NCBI GenBank assembly: GCA_963771885.1
Contig: CAVYVF010000022.1
Coordinates: 96,001 to 160,000 of the forward strand
Reading direction: 5' to 3'
Source: Candidatus Bathyarchaeota archaeon
Lineage (GTDB): Archaea > Thermoproteota > Bathyarchaeia > TCS64
Length of the DNA stretch: 64,000 bases
Positions 50,119-61,099 of the stretch are shown one piece after another (the stretch's first letter is position 1; every line of letters begins with the position of its first letter). The translations under genes and the position numbers were made by a program. Below the pieces are notes generated by a model. The model had not been told where the DNA came from and did not search any database. It saw nothing but the letters and a program-made list of their open reading frames with translations.

Positions 50119-50595
50119 CTAGTCCGCCTCCAGAATGTCGCCTCTGTTGCTGATGACGAGGCTTACCGCCTCTTTGGCTGGTAATCCGAGGAGCATGGCT
50201 CCGAAGGCTGCATGTGTGGCTGCCTTGAGCACACTTGCATCTGGCTGCTGGGACTCAGGTACCCCGATGGTTTCCCTGGCGAAGCTGACCAGCTCTGCGG
50301 GGTACTCCTCGATGCCGTCGTTCCAGAGTATCGCTTCGGCGACGTCTATGATTTGAGCCCTGGTACTCCCATCCACGCTGGGAGTCGGTATATCGGATTC
50401 CTGGACGGAGACGGCGTACTCCATGCTGCCGTCCTCACGCTGGTTGAAGTAGACCTCATCTGATGCCCTGTGCTGCTCGTTGCTCCAGTCCTTGGCGTAG
50501 TCCTTCGCGTATGCTACTGCTTCCTCTTTGTTGAGGGTGGTGAGTGTTATCTTGGGGATGTGGTTGTCTACGGCTATGACCGTGTAGACTCTCAT
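50119..50595 (-). CDS. Hypothetical protein
   Basis: 158 aa ORF within tightly packed operon. Confidence 0.6.
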   Translation of the reverse strand: MRVYTVIAVDNHIPKITLTTLNKEEAVAYAKDYAKDWSNEQHRASDEVYFNQREDGSMEYAVSVQESDIPTPSVDGSTRAQIIDVAEAILWNDGIEEYPAELVSFARETIGVPESQQPDASVLKAATHAAFGAMLLGLPAKEAVSLVISNRGDILEAD

Positions 50596-50818
50596 CTCGC
50601 GTCGCCTCAGAGGTTCGCGGACTCTACCGGTCCCTTGGTGAGGTATTCGAGGCAGATGCCTGCTAGGTCGGTGGCTCGAATGGGCGGTGGCCCTCCTCCC
50701 AGTTGCCGAGGAGGGGTGCGATGGCTCGGATGAGTGTGCAGACGTTGAAGTGGCGCATTTGGTGCAGCTCCGCTTGAAGCTGACGGCTCTCCGGGTGGCC
50801 TGTGGTGGTCTGCATATT

Positions 50819-51700
50819 CTAGGCCGCCTGGAGGGGTATGACCTTGTGGAGGTGGTCGAAGTGGAATATCTTGATGCGCATGTTGGTGGATTGTTGTGCC
50901 AGATGTTTGCGGTGATGTCGTTGTATATGTCCCAGACGGTTTCGGGTTTGGCGTTGAGTGTGGTGGCCTTCATTGGGTCGGCGAGTAGGTAGCTGGGGTA
51001 GACTTTGGCGGGTAGCCTGCTCTTTAGGAGCCTTGCTCTGGAGGTCGTCGAGGTACTTCTCGTCTGCCTTCTTCTTGGCCATCTTCTTGTAGCTCTCGAT
51101 GATGTCTACTGCTCTGTCCATGATGCTGCAGATTATGTGGCTGAGCTGGCCGACGACGGGGTCGATGGCTGCGGTGTGGCGCTTGTAGACGTATTCGAGC
51201 GTCTTGCGCTGGTCGAAGTCCTGGTGGTAGCCCTTTGATCCTGCGAGTACCATGTTTCTGCAGGCGTTTCTGAAGGTGAATACTCCGGCTCCGAAGCTGG
51301 TGGTTCCGTCGATGCTGTTGTGGACTCCTACTCCGATGTGCATCTCGTCTCCGTTTACCTTGTAGGGCTCGTTGAGGGCGTAGAGTGCGTGTACCTTGAA
51401 GCCGTCCACTATGACGTGGTCGTCTAGTCGCTGGAACCAGCTGCCGGTGAACTCGTCGAATGGGACGAGGCCCATCTGCTCGGCGGTGGCGTCTGCTATT
51501 TTGACGGCTTCCTCGTTGGGTAGGACGTGGTACTGGGTGGTGGCTATCTGGGCGATTTGCCCGGCTTGGAGTATGGCCTTGTATTTGGTCTGCTCCCCGT
51601 TTAGGAGGAGTGGTACCTCGGCTAGGTTGTATTGGCTCCAGGTGTCGTCTGGTTGCCCCGATGTGAGGCTTATCTGGTCTGAGGTTTCCAAGTTGTTCAT
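50819..51700 (-). CDS. DUF932-family (phage/plasmid-like) protein; compensating frameshifts ~50885-51030
   Basis: YHVLPNEE, GVHNSIDGTTS..FRNACRN, KRHT, TVWDIYNDIT motifs. Confidence 0.8.
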   Translation of the reverse strand: MNNLETSDQISLTSGQPDDTWSQYNLAEVPLLLNGEQTKYKAILQAGQIAQIATTQYHVLPNEEAVKIADATAEQMGLVPFDEFTGSWFQRLDDHVIVDGFKVHALYALNEPYKVNGDEMHIGVGVHNSIDGTTSFGAGVFTFRNACRNMVLAGSKGYHQDFDQRKTLEYVYKRHTAAIDPVVGQLSHIICSIMDRAVDIIESYKKMAKKKADEKYLDDLQSKAPKEQATRQSLPQLPTRRPNEGHHTQRQTRNRLGHIQRHHRKHLAQQSTNMRIKIFHFDHLHKVIPLQAA

Positions 51701-52046
51701 CCTCGTCTAAAGGTTCGGGGCTGTGAATTTGTTGACTTGTTAGAGCATAAGTGTGAAGGTTGGGGCGAGTAACGTTTGTCTTTCAGGGTTCGGTGCTTCG
51801 CCTGTCAGCGATTATTCTAATTGTAAAGCGGGGAAACGGATGGGTTTATGCTTCCGTGTGAAAGTAGTCAACCTCCCCCAACACGAGCTTGACCTCATCC
51901 TTGAACTGTTAGATGAGGCGCAGGTAGCAGTCTATGGCTCGAGCTCGAGGCCCAGAGCCACTTGATACCCCGTCGTCGTGAAGAGGCTGAAGCCCTCCAG
52001 GGTCTTCACTCCCTCAGCGGCGCGAGCGAGACATTTAATGAAACGA

Positions 52047-52071
52047 TAGCAGACCCGGTGGGATTCGAACC
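52047..52071 (-). mobile_element. tRNA 3'-end remnant (att-like site)
   Basis: Minus strand GGTTCGAATCCCACCGGGTCTGCTA = T-loop, T-stem, acceptor 3' strand; coincides with a composition shift. Confidence 0.7.
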
Positions 52072-52273
52072 TAAAGGGGTTCAGACCCTTATGAACAATT
52101 TATTCATTGAAGAAATAAAATCCTTTAATTAAAGTTCTATTCATTACAAAAATGCAGTTTATATAATCATTAAATAAAATAAAACGAACTTATAATAATT
52201 CTTATAGTAGAGGTTAGTTTATAACAGATACTTTTCATTTTAAATCCATGAAGCCAATAGATTTGTATAATAA

Positions 52274-52909
52274 CTAAAACTCTTTACTATTTATTTGTTT
52301 TAAGATGTTCTCCATTTCCTCCAATGTTATCTTATTTGAGAAAATAGAGAGATATATCATATTCTCTTCACCCACATCCGACCACTTATCATCAAAAATA
52401 AAGCAATAATTCCTATCGACGAACTCGCTGAAATTCCTCGGCCAATTCGCATACAAAGCATCGATATCAAGAACTGCATTGTAGAAATCCCCCTCAAACA
52501 TTAGGAAACTAGATGCAAGGAAACCACTTACATATTTATTAATTAACTCAGATTGTACTTCTAGTTTTGAGCAATCAGCTGCGAACCATTTTAACTCCTG
52601 TTCCTTCTTGTCAATCCATCTAGTTAACAGCGACGTCTTTCGATAATAGAAGTAGTGACTTATTCCCCTGTTTTGTAAGTATTGCTTTGTCTCTGGGATA
52701 TATCCTGCTTCAGACCAGCTTGGTATAACTCTATAATAAAATGCGACAGACTTTCCTACTCCAAGATGGCTGATCAAATCGACAATTGCTTTTTTATTTT
52801 TTTCAGGACATTTTACCCAGATACGAGTAACGTTTCTCTTTAACTCTGCAGACCGATCCCAGGGCCAATTAGGCAATACTTTATGATTGTTTGTTTCAAT
52901 CTCCAACAA
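52274..52909 (-). CDS. Putative immunity protein for Rhs tip 1
   Basis: AT-rich ORF starting 3 nt after the Rhs stop codon. Confidence 0.65.
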   Translation of the reverse strand: MLEIETNNHKVLPNWPWDRSAELKRNVTRIWVKCPEKNKKAIVDLISHLGVGKSVAFYYRVIPSWSEAGYIPETKQYLQNRGISHYFYYRKTSLLTRWIDKKEQELKWFAADCSKLEVQSELINKYVSGFLASSFLMFEGDFYNAVLDIDALYANWPRNFSEFVDRNYCFIFDDKWSDVGEENMIYLSIFSNKITLEEMENILKQINSKEF

Positions 52910-52912
52910 TCC

Positions 52913-55900
52913 CTAGTGCCACCTACGTTCTGAAGCATCTATGTAATCACCCAGTGGGATATAAGACTCAACAACGGCTCCAACGAGGGCTCCATTAACT
53001 ATCGCATATGCATTAGCTCCCCCTCCTCGCCTAAACATTGCATCGACTAAAGAATCCATTTTTGGAGCAGCATAGTCCCATTCTTTAAGTGATCTAAGTT
53101 GCGTGTTTCTCGGAGTAACCGCATCAGCTGCTACTGATCCGATCGCTCCTGAAGCAAAGCTAGACCCAACATCAAAGGCAGTAAAATCATCACCGTTGAT
53201 TGTGGATTCGATACCGGCACAGACGACGTTAATTCCGCCCGAAAAAGCATGTGTTAACCCTCGCCCTACAAGGCCTGTAGCTTTCAATCCCCATTCCATA
53301 GCTATTGTTCCAGCAACAGGAGCTGCGAGTACACCTAATGCACCTCCAATAGCACCGCTAGCAGCTGCTGCGAATGCACCTTGTGCCGTCATTTCTTGCT
53401 TGAAAATAATGCTTTCAGCGGCGTAAAAACCTAGACTAATAACCATCCCAATAGCTGCGCCAGCCAGGATCGGTGCAAAAATGAATCTTCCATCTGGATC
53501 TGTATATTTCAATGGGTTGTTTCTTGCATATGCATACCTGTTTAGGCTCTGGGGATCGGTGAGAATAGGTGAAGCAGGGTCCTCTGTGATAAACCGCCCT
53601 ATACTTGGGTCGTAGTATCTTGCCCCGTAGTAGTAGAGTCCCGTGGCTTTGTCTTCTGGTTTGCCCGTGTATCTGAACTCCTCAGAACCAACCTCACCCT
53701 CGCCAACGCCGAAGGGCTGGTAGTTACTCGAGTCGACCACATCACCACCCGCATCCGTCACAAGCCTCGTCGATCCCAAGTGATCTTGGTGGAGATACGT
53801 GGTCACGCCACCCGTCCTCTCCGCCACCTGCAAGCCCACCAACGTAGAACCGAATAGTAGCGTCACCGCCCCCGTCAGGCACCTCATACAACACGTTCAG
53901 CCCAGAGTACACATACCTCATGTTCCCTGAGGCGCCATCGTAGCTCCGTACCCGGCGCCCGTCCGCATCATACGCGTAGCTCCTCACGACGCTGCCCCCG
54001 ATGGACACGTCGGTGAGGCGGTCATAGCCATCGTAGCCATAGGCAGTGGAGCCGCCGCCAAGCACCTGGAACCACAGCTCATAGGGAGAGGTAATCGACT
54101 CCGTCCAAGCCACCAGCAAGCCGGGTGAAGCTCAGCGGGATACTGCGAAGTACGAGTTGCTCTTGTATGTGGAGTTGGCCTCCCCCACCTGGGCTGGCTG
54201 CGACCAGCCACCCGCACCCTCCCGAACGGAGCAGTACATCAAGTTAGCCTGGGGGTGGCCGAGCCAGACGCAAATCAGCCTATCGCCGTCCAGGGAGATC
54301 TGCGGGGTGACGTTCGAAGCCGTGACCGATCCCTGTATCACCACGGGGGTGCTCCAAGCGTTCCCCGCGTAGGTCCAGTTCTGGTACACGATGTCCTTGT
54401 TGCCCTTCGAGTAGACGACGTGAACAACATCCCCCACGGCCACAAGCGAGCTATACGAGCCATCCTGGATCGTATTCGAAGTCGACACAGGCGTACCCCA
54501 GGTCAGACCGTCGAACCGAACCATGCTGATGACCGCACCATCCAACGTGTACTCCGCAGCCAGCTTCCCCCGTCCAAGGCAGCTACCGTCACCTTCAAGG
54601 ACCCAGACGTGGCTGAGAGCTGGTGGGGGAAACCCGAGGCGGTGCTCCACGTGTCATCCGTATTCGCGTTCTTCGTCACGTATGGGAGGCTGTTGCTACA
54701 GAACCCGATGTAAGCGTGGCCATCCGAGTCCACAGCGATCGTCGCCGAGTTCACCGAGGTGAAGCCCGAGATGTATCTCTCCGTCGACCACGATATTACC
54801 CCATCCGAGCCGCAGACGCCTCTCCTGTAGAACATCGTGGTGCCACCCGTCGCGATGACGTAGTAGACGTAGGTGTCGACGATCGCCACCGATAGGTAGT
54901 ATGCGTAATAGTAGCTGGACTTGACGAGTGACGAGTTGCCCCAGTTGACGCCATCTATGCTGCTCCGGTAGACGAGGTTAGAGCCATCACTATACACGAC
55001 CCAGTACCTCCCAGCGGCGTACCATGTCTTCCTCTGGTTGGGGTTGTTGACGTTGTGGTACGTCGTCAAACCGTCCGCCACCATCGATACGGCCGAGGAA
55101 GCGTTAGTGGAGCTTCTGCCCACCATGTTCCCGTTCAGATCATCGGTGAACTCCTCGTCCCCGGCCGTGGTGAGCTCGTTCAACTCGTTGTAGGTGTATT
55201 CGGGGAATCCCTCGACAACATGTTACCCACGGCATCGTATGTGTAGTCTATTGTGCCCCACGGCCCGGTGGTGCCGTTCAGCCGATCCAACATATCGTAC
55301 TCATAGGTCTCCGTGCCGACCCCATCATCTATAGTGAGCACGCTCCCGAGTCATCATAGGTGTAGTTCGGATCCATGAGCGTCTCCCCCGAACCCATGCC
55401 GATCTCCTCGGTGTTCATCGCGACGTCATCCACCGCCACCGTCACGGCGGCGTTCGTCACCACGACGCGGCTAGCCTGTTGACCACCGCGCGCGCGCGCG
55501 CTCGGTCTCGTAGACGCGGGTGACGTTCCCCGAGTCCAGGCTCGCGTAGTCGTTTATGCCGTCGCCGTCGAAGTCCCACCGATACATCGTGATTCGACTC
55601 TTGACCTCACTGGGCGTTACGACGACGCTGAAGCCCGTGAACAGCGGAGAGTCCCCGCGGTCAAATAGAGCACGTCACGGATATCACCGGCTCCTCGACT
55701 CTAGGGAATCTGGGGCCCCGGCTCCGTGCCATTAAGGACGGAGTCACCGGCCTCAATGTCCGTGGCGTTTGAGGCATGCACGGGCCTGAGTACTTGACTC
55801 AGGGATAGCCAAGCCTGGCTAAGCCAGCTTTCCTCTGCTGGTGTCTGCTGCACCATCACCGCCAATGGCAGGGCCAGTGGCCCCGAGGTCAACATCATGA

Positions 55901-55934
55901 CTACGAGCAACGCGGATACGAGGGCACGCTTCAA
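52913..55934 (-). pseudogene. Rhs/YD-repeat polymorphic toxin with signal peptide, PKD fragment, propeller-like insert and hydrophobic C-terminal tip; frameshifted and internally deleted
   Basis: YLHQDHLGSTRLVTD, FRYTGKPED..GLYYYGARYYDP..GRF, NRYAYARNNPLKYTDPDG; YRWDFDGDG PKD motif; MKRALVSALL signal peptide. Confidence 0.85.
53490..54437 (-). repeat. ~950 bp inverted repeat arm A (Rhs core)
   Basis: Reverse complement near-identical to 56524-57478. Confidence 0.9.
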
Positions 55935-56523
55935 GAATCATTCACCTGAAAATGACCATCACAAACTGGATATTAGATTGTAACTGAATCATTGGCGTGT
56001 AAAGGGTGGGGTAATGGTGAACGTGTGTATTGCATCAGCGATTATAATATTAAATATAGGATTCTATAATTGTTTAACTAATAGGTTAACGATAATTGAT
56101 TATTGATATGTATTTAATATATAGATGAATTGTTGAGTGCTAAGATGTCGACGTTGTATTGGATCAGTGATACCTGATACACATACGTTAAACTAATTAA
56201 CTCCCTGGGCTTAAGCGTTGATTTCCATTGATATATGGGACTGATTCATAACTTTAATTAAGACAGAAGATAAAATGTGTTGCTTAATGTGCTGAGTGTA
56301 CCTGTTGAGCAACTCAGGCATCTGGACGCGTTAGAATGGTCTCCCGCGTACTTGAGATACTCTTATTCAGTAACCATCGACGCCTATAGGGTCTTTTTTT
56401 TGGAACCTTTTCAAGAAGACTTAAGCTCAGTTTTATCACGGTTTTGACCAAGTTTATCTTCAAAGGATTACGCGATCCGAATGATACATACCTTCTCTGG
56501 GCGCCGATAAATTCCTTCTCTCG

Positions 56524-57478
56524 GTGGGCGATACTGTTCACGTCGTCTACTCGAAGGGCAACAAGGACATCGTGTACCAGAACTGGACCTACGCGGGGGA
56601 AGACATTGAGCACCCCCGTGGTGATACAGGGATCGGTCACGGCTTCGAACGTCACCCCGCAGATCTCCCTGGACGGGGATAGGCTGATCTGCGTCTGGCT
56701 CGGCCACCCCAGGCTAACTTGATGTACTGCTCCGTTCGGGAGGGTGCGGGTGGCTGGTCGCAGCCAGCCCAGGTGGGGGAGGCCGAACTCCACATACAAG
56801 AGCAACTCGTACTTCGCAGTATCCCGCTCAGCTTCACCCGGCTTGCTGGTGGCTTGGACGGAGTCGATTACCTCTCCCTATGAGCTGTGGTTCCAGGTGC
56901 TTGGCGGCGGCTCCACTGCCTATGGCTACGATGGCTATGACCGCCTCACCGACGTGTCCATCGGGGGCAGCGTCGTGAGGAGCTACGCGTATGATGCGGA
57001 CGGGCGCCGGGTACGGAGCTACGATGGCGCCTCAGGGAACATGAGGTATGTGTACTCTGGGCTGAACGTGTTGTATGAGGTGCCTGACGGGGGCGGTGAC
57101 GCTACTATTCGGTTCTACGTTGGTGGGCTGCAGGTGGCGGAGAGGACGGGTGGCGTGACCACGTATCTCCACCAAGATCACTTGGGATCGACGAGGCTTG
57201 TGACGGATGCGGGTGGTGATGTGGTCTACTCCAGTAACTGCCGGCGCGCCCTTCGGCGTTGGCGAGGGTGAGGTTGGTTCTGAGGAGTTCAGATACACGG
57301 GCAAACCAGAAGACAAAGCCACGGGACTCTACTACTACGGGGCAAGATACTACGACCCAACCATCGGACGTTTCATAACGGAAGATACCGTGATGGGCGA
57401 TCTGACCTGATCCCCAGTCACTAAACAGATACGCATACGCAAGAAACAATCCGAATAAGTACGTAGATCCCGATGGGA
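56524..57478 (+). repeat. ~950 bp inverted repeat arm B (Rhs core)
   Basis: Same nucleotide and peptide strings as arm A (TYKSNSYFAVSR, YDADGRRVRSY, HQDHLGST). Confidence 0.9.
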
Positions 57479-57957
57479 AATTCTTCTTTATTCTTCCTCT
57501 TGCTTATATAGCAATTCCTGCCGCAGTCGCTCTTGGATACATAGTTATTGCCCCCTATATTCCGATAATAGCCCACTATGTTTCTTCGGTATTATCTCCA
57601 ATAACACCGAGTACGGGACGTATTGATGATCCATTAATCGATATACAAGATAATCTATTACGCTGAGTCAGGATCCTCTCGTGAAAAAGAAAAATGGGGA
57701 AAACATGAATCAGATTTTAATGAATATTATGAAGGAGAGAATCCACCTAAAAACGTTGATGAATACAAAGACCTCTGGGAAAATACTTCAAAAATTACAA
57801 TACCAATCACAATGAAGACATTCGGGAATATGAAAGGGCAGATGGTACGAGGGTATTCTATGATAAAAAAGACAATCTATTTGGAATTGAAAATTCTAAT
57901 GGAAGTTTTAATAATTGTTTCCCTCCTAGTGATTATTTGGACTATTATCTACCGTAA
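56524..57957 (+). pseudogene. Orphan Rhs core plus toxin tip 2 (BECR/colicin D-like RNase suspected)
   Basis: No start codon; NNPNKYVDPDG then hydrophobic linker and KHESDF..DGTRVFYDKKDNLFGI..NGSFNNCFPP. Confidence 0.7.
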
Positions 57958-58009
57958 TCAGTTAAAAAACACGGGTGAATCTTTTTTACCTTAATTCCCT
58001 AAATGTATT

Positions 58010-58395
58010 GTGATTACCTTGTTTAAATGCCCATGTTGTGGTTATCCAACTCTAGAACGACAAAATCAGCAAGATACATGTTTTCTATGTAAATGGGAAG
58101 ATGACGGACAGACTTGATAATGATGCTCATTTAATTTATGGGGGCCCAAATTCCAACTATTCTTCTCTTCTTGAAAGCAAGAAATAATTTTAAAAAAGCT
58201 TTAATAATGTATAGACCAACAGATAACCGTTTTAAATATTTTAAGAATAAGACCATTGATGAAATTAAGAAGCAAATCATATATTTTAATAATATAAAAA
58301 CTAATAAACAAAATAATTTACATATAGATATAATGGATTTAAAAATACAATTAAATAATGAAGAAGAAAAACAATGGAATAAATACCATAAATAA
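58010..58395 (+). CDS. CPCC-family Cys-rich protein, putative immunity for tip 2 (frameshifted)
   Basis: FKCPCCGYPTL..CFLCKWEDDGQ..GGPN. Confidence 0.8.
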
Positions 58396-58451
58396 TAGGA
58401 AATTAAAGCTTTGACCTGATGATAAAAAAAGTTCTCTGAGTAACTCATTAG

Positions 58452-59382
58452 AGGTGGGCTGCTACTCTCAGATTCTACGTTGGCTCTTTGCAGGTGGCGG
58501 AGAGGACGGGTGGCGTGACCACGTATCTTCACCAGGATCATCTGGGTTCGACGAGGCTTGTGACGGATGCGGGTGGTGATGTGGTCTACTCGAGTAACTA
58601 CCAGCCATTCGGAGTCGGTGAAGGTGAGGATGGTGGCGAGGAGTTCAGATACACGGGCAAACCAGAAGACAAAGCCACGGGACTCTACTACTACGGGGCA
58701 AGATACTACGACCCAACCATCGGACGATTCATAACGGAGGATAGTGTACTTGGAGACCTTTCTGATCCGCAAAGTATGAACAGGTATGTCTACTCGCAGA
58801 AGTAACCCGACAGATCTTAGGGACTGAACTGGGCATTGGCTTGAGACGGCTCTAGATGTATTGGGTCTTGGGCTCGATATACAGGCATACAATGAGGACC
58901 CAAGTTTCTTCAACGCCGCTATGATTGGACTGGATCTCGTTTGCATAGCCTTGCCGAATCGTACCCGCGGTAGGCTGCGTACGATTCATCGACAAAGCAG
59001 ATAATGTAGCAGATGCAGCAAAGTATTTTGATGAGGCTTTAGAAAGTGCAGCAAAATTCTCTGATGATCTCAGGATCTCCATTATATTCACCTGAACATG
59101 CAAAACATGCATTAGATATGGGATATGACACCTTTGGCGATTGGGCTCGTGGATCCAAACAAGAGGCTTAAGGAGGAACACACAAGGTTTAATAAAAGGT
59201 GACTTGAATTACGATTTAATGCGGCAAACGAGCCCACACCCTGAAGGTTGGGTAATAATAAATAATCAAAAAAGGTGGGCAACTACATTTAATACAGATA
59301 GAGTTAATGTACTCACTTCGACATCTATCCTGATACGATAATACGAAATCTTTACTCCGGAGGTTGGAGTCCTATTGGATAA
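58452..59382 (+). pseudogene. Orphan Rhs core plus toxin tip 3
   Basis: Third copy of QVAERTGGVTTYLHQDHLGST..GARYYDP; then HWLETALDVLGLGLDIQAY pre-toxin-like segment; stop overlaps next gene. Confidence 0.75.
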
Positions 59383-59986
59383 ACTATCTAGTCGAGACGG
59401 TATTCAAATCGTATGCTTTCAAACATTTCTTCAAATAATTGAAAAATTAAGTATATTTTTAAATGAAAAAGAATGCATCGAAAAAGAAAAAATATCTGAT
59501 TCTCTTTACGTCTTTCAGTTTATAGGAAACATGTATTATAATGGAAGATTTACTGGCGCGATGAAAAGTGATGTCAAACTTATCCTCAGTTTTTTAGATG
59601 ATATTTTGGAAAAAAAAGGCATGGATTTTATACAGCAGCTTTCAAAGAATCTGGATAAAAGCATTACTTTTTATTCGGATTATTATCAAGTATATAAACG
59701 ACAATTATTATCCTCATCGGAATTTCCATTTGATGGCTTTGAGAATTTTGATATTTTCTTTCTGAGTACAAGAGATAAAATAGAATATATTATTAAGGGG
59801 ATGGGATTAACCGGATATAATGATAAAATTGAAAAATATGAAAATATTATTAATAAGTTAAATCAAGTAGATAACGAATTTAAATCTAATATTTCAAAAA
59901 TGAGGAATGCGATGATAAAACAAAATATATCCATTAACAATATCTCTAGTTTTCCATCCTTCTGGTGGAGAAATGGTTTTTATTAA
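59375..59986 (+). CDS. Putative immunity protein for Rhs tip 3
   Basis: Very AT-rich 203 aa ORF overlapping the tip-3 stop; ends PSFWWR. Confidence 0.65.
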   Translation: MDKLSSRDGIQIVCFQTFLQIIEKLSIFLNEKECIEKEKISDSLYVFQFIGNMYYNGRFTGAMKSDVKLILSFLDDILEKKGMDFIQQLSKNLDKSITFYSDYYQVYKRQLLSSSEFPFDGFENFDIFFLSTRDKIEYIIKGMGLTGYNDKIEKYENIINKLNQVDNEFKSNISKMRNAMIKQNISINNISSFPSFWWRNGFY

Positions 59987-60051
59987 TGATATGGATATTA
60001 AAAATACTTTATGATATTAATGTAGAGATATGCATGGCCATGTGCATGCCT

Positions 60052-60161
60052 CGTGTGATATGAGGTATGTCTACTCGGAGTTGAATGTGGTGTACGAGGT
60101 GCCGGACGGAGGCGGCACTGTTATCCTGCGCTTCTACGCTGGTGGCCTGCAGGTAGCCGAG
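60052..60161 (+). pseudogene. Fourth, truncated Rhs core fragment
   Basis: MRYVYSELNVVYEVPDGGG..RFYAGGLQVAER, homology ends at a (GC)4 tract. Confidence 0.8.
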
Positions 60162-61099
60162 CGCGCGCGATTTATGGATGGCAACTCTTTCCCTTGGCCA
60201 CAATGGGGTTTGGGGCCGTTGAATACAACCCAATGGATTAGGGAATAGATGCCTATTTCGATAGTACTTCGGGAAAATCTATGTTTTACCTTGACGGAGG
60301 GACTAGAGGGATATTAATTACTAATAGTGGCTCAGTACAAGGGACATTTCCAGCTCAATTGTACATTGGAGATACAACATATTATGAACAGTCAATGAGG
60401 TGCTTTATTACAATCTCAGAATTGACTCGGGTCGGCCACCATAAATTCATAGTGAGTTACATTTTTCCTTATTCAATATTATCGTAAACTATAAAATTTA
60501 AACCAATGAATACCATACTCAAACCAACTAACTTTAAAACATTAGGAAAACAACAGGAATTTGGCGGAAAAAACCCTAAAACAAGCCCGTTCTATTTAAG
60601 AAGGAAAAGTGGCATTCATAATCTTCTGGTAAAGTTAAAAACCGCCATTTTACACAAATTTGGGATATTTTCCAAATTCTAAGAGAACACCCTTCCTTTC
60701 CAATCCTTGACCAGGTTAAAAAAAACTTTCCAAGCAGATTAGCCACTAACATTCTCCATACATCTACGCAACCCACCTCCAGCGCCCACCCGGAACCATA
60801 AAAGCGTGACGCGCGCGCAGACAAGATAAGCGCGAAAACCTTTCCCAGCTCTTATAACTTCCTTTACTCGAGTGTGCGGCGTCGAACTGCTACAGACCCT
60901 TCCTGCAAGTCTAGACTGTGACTTTTTACACACATTTAGTACTTTATCTGCTTGAATGCGTGCGCGCGCGAAACGGAGCCCAAATCAAGGCGCCCCTGTA
61001 AAGAGGCGCGGGAGAGGTATAATACGCCACATCGACGTATGGCTGAATTACTTCTCTTTGACTTAACTCTGTAATCACGCGGTGAATTCATCACATCCA

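Noticed and set aside
52047..52071. Pairing this remnant with tRNA-Arg at 5538 as attL/attR of one 46 kb element
   Set aside because: The remnant lies upstream of that tRNA, the wrong side for 3'-end duplication, and the interval is core genes.
53490..58810. Diversity-generating retroelement template/variable repeats
   Set aside because: Differences between Rhs copies are not adenine-specific overall and no reverse transcriptase is present.
60281..60487. 68 aa ORF as a gene
   Set aside because: Looks like a fragment with no recognisable motif; not supportable.
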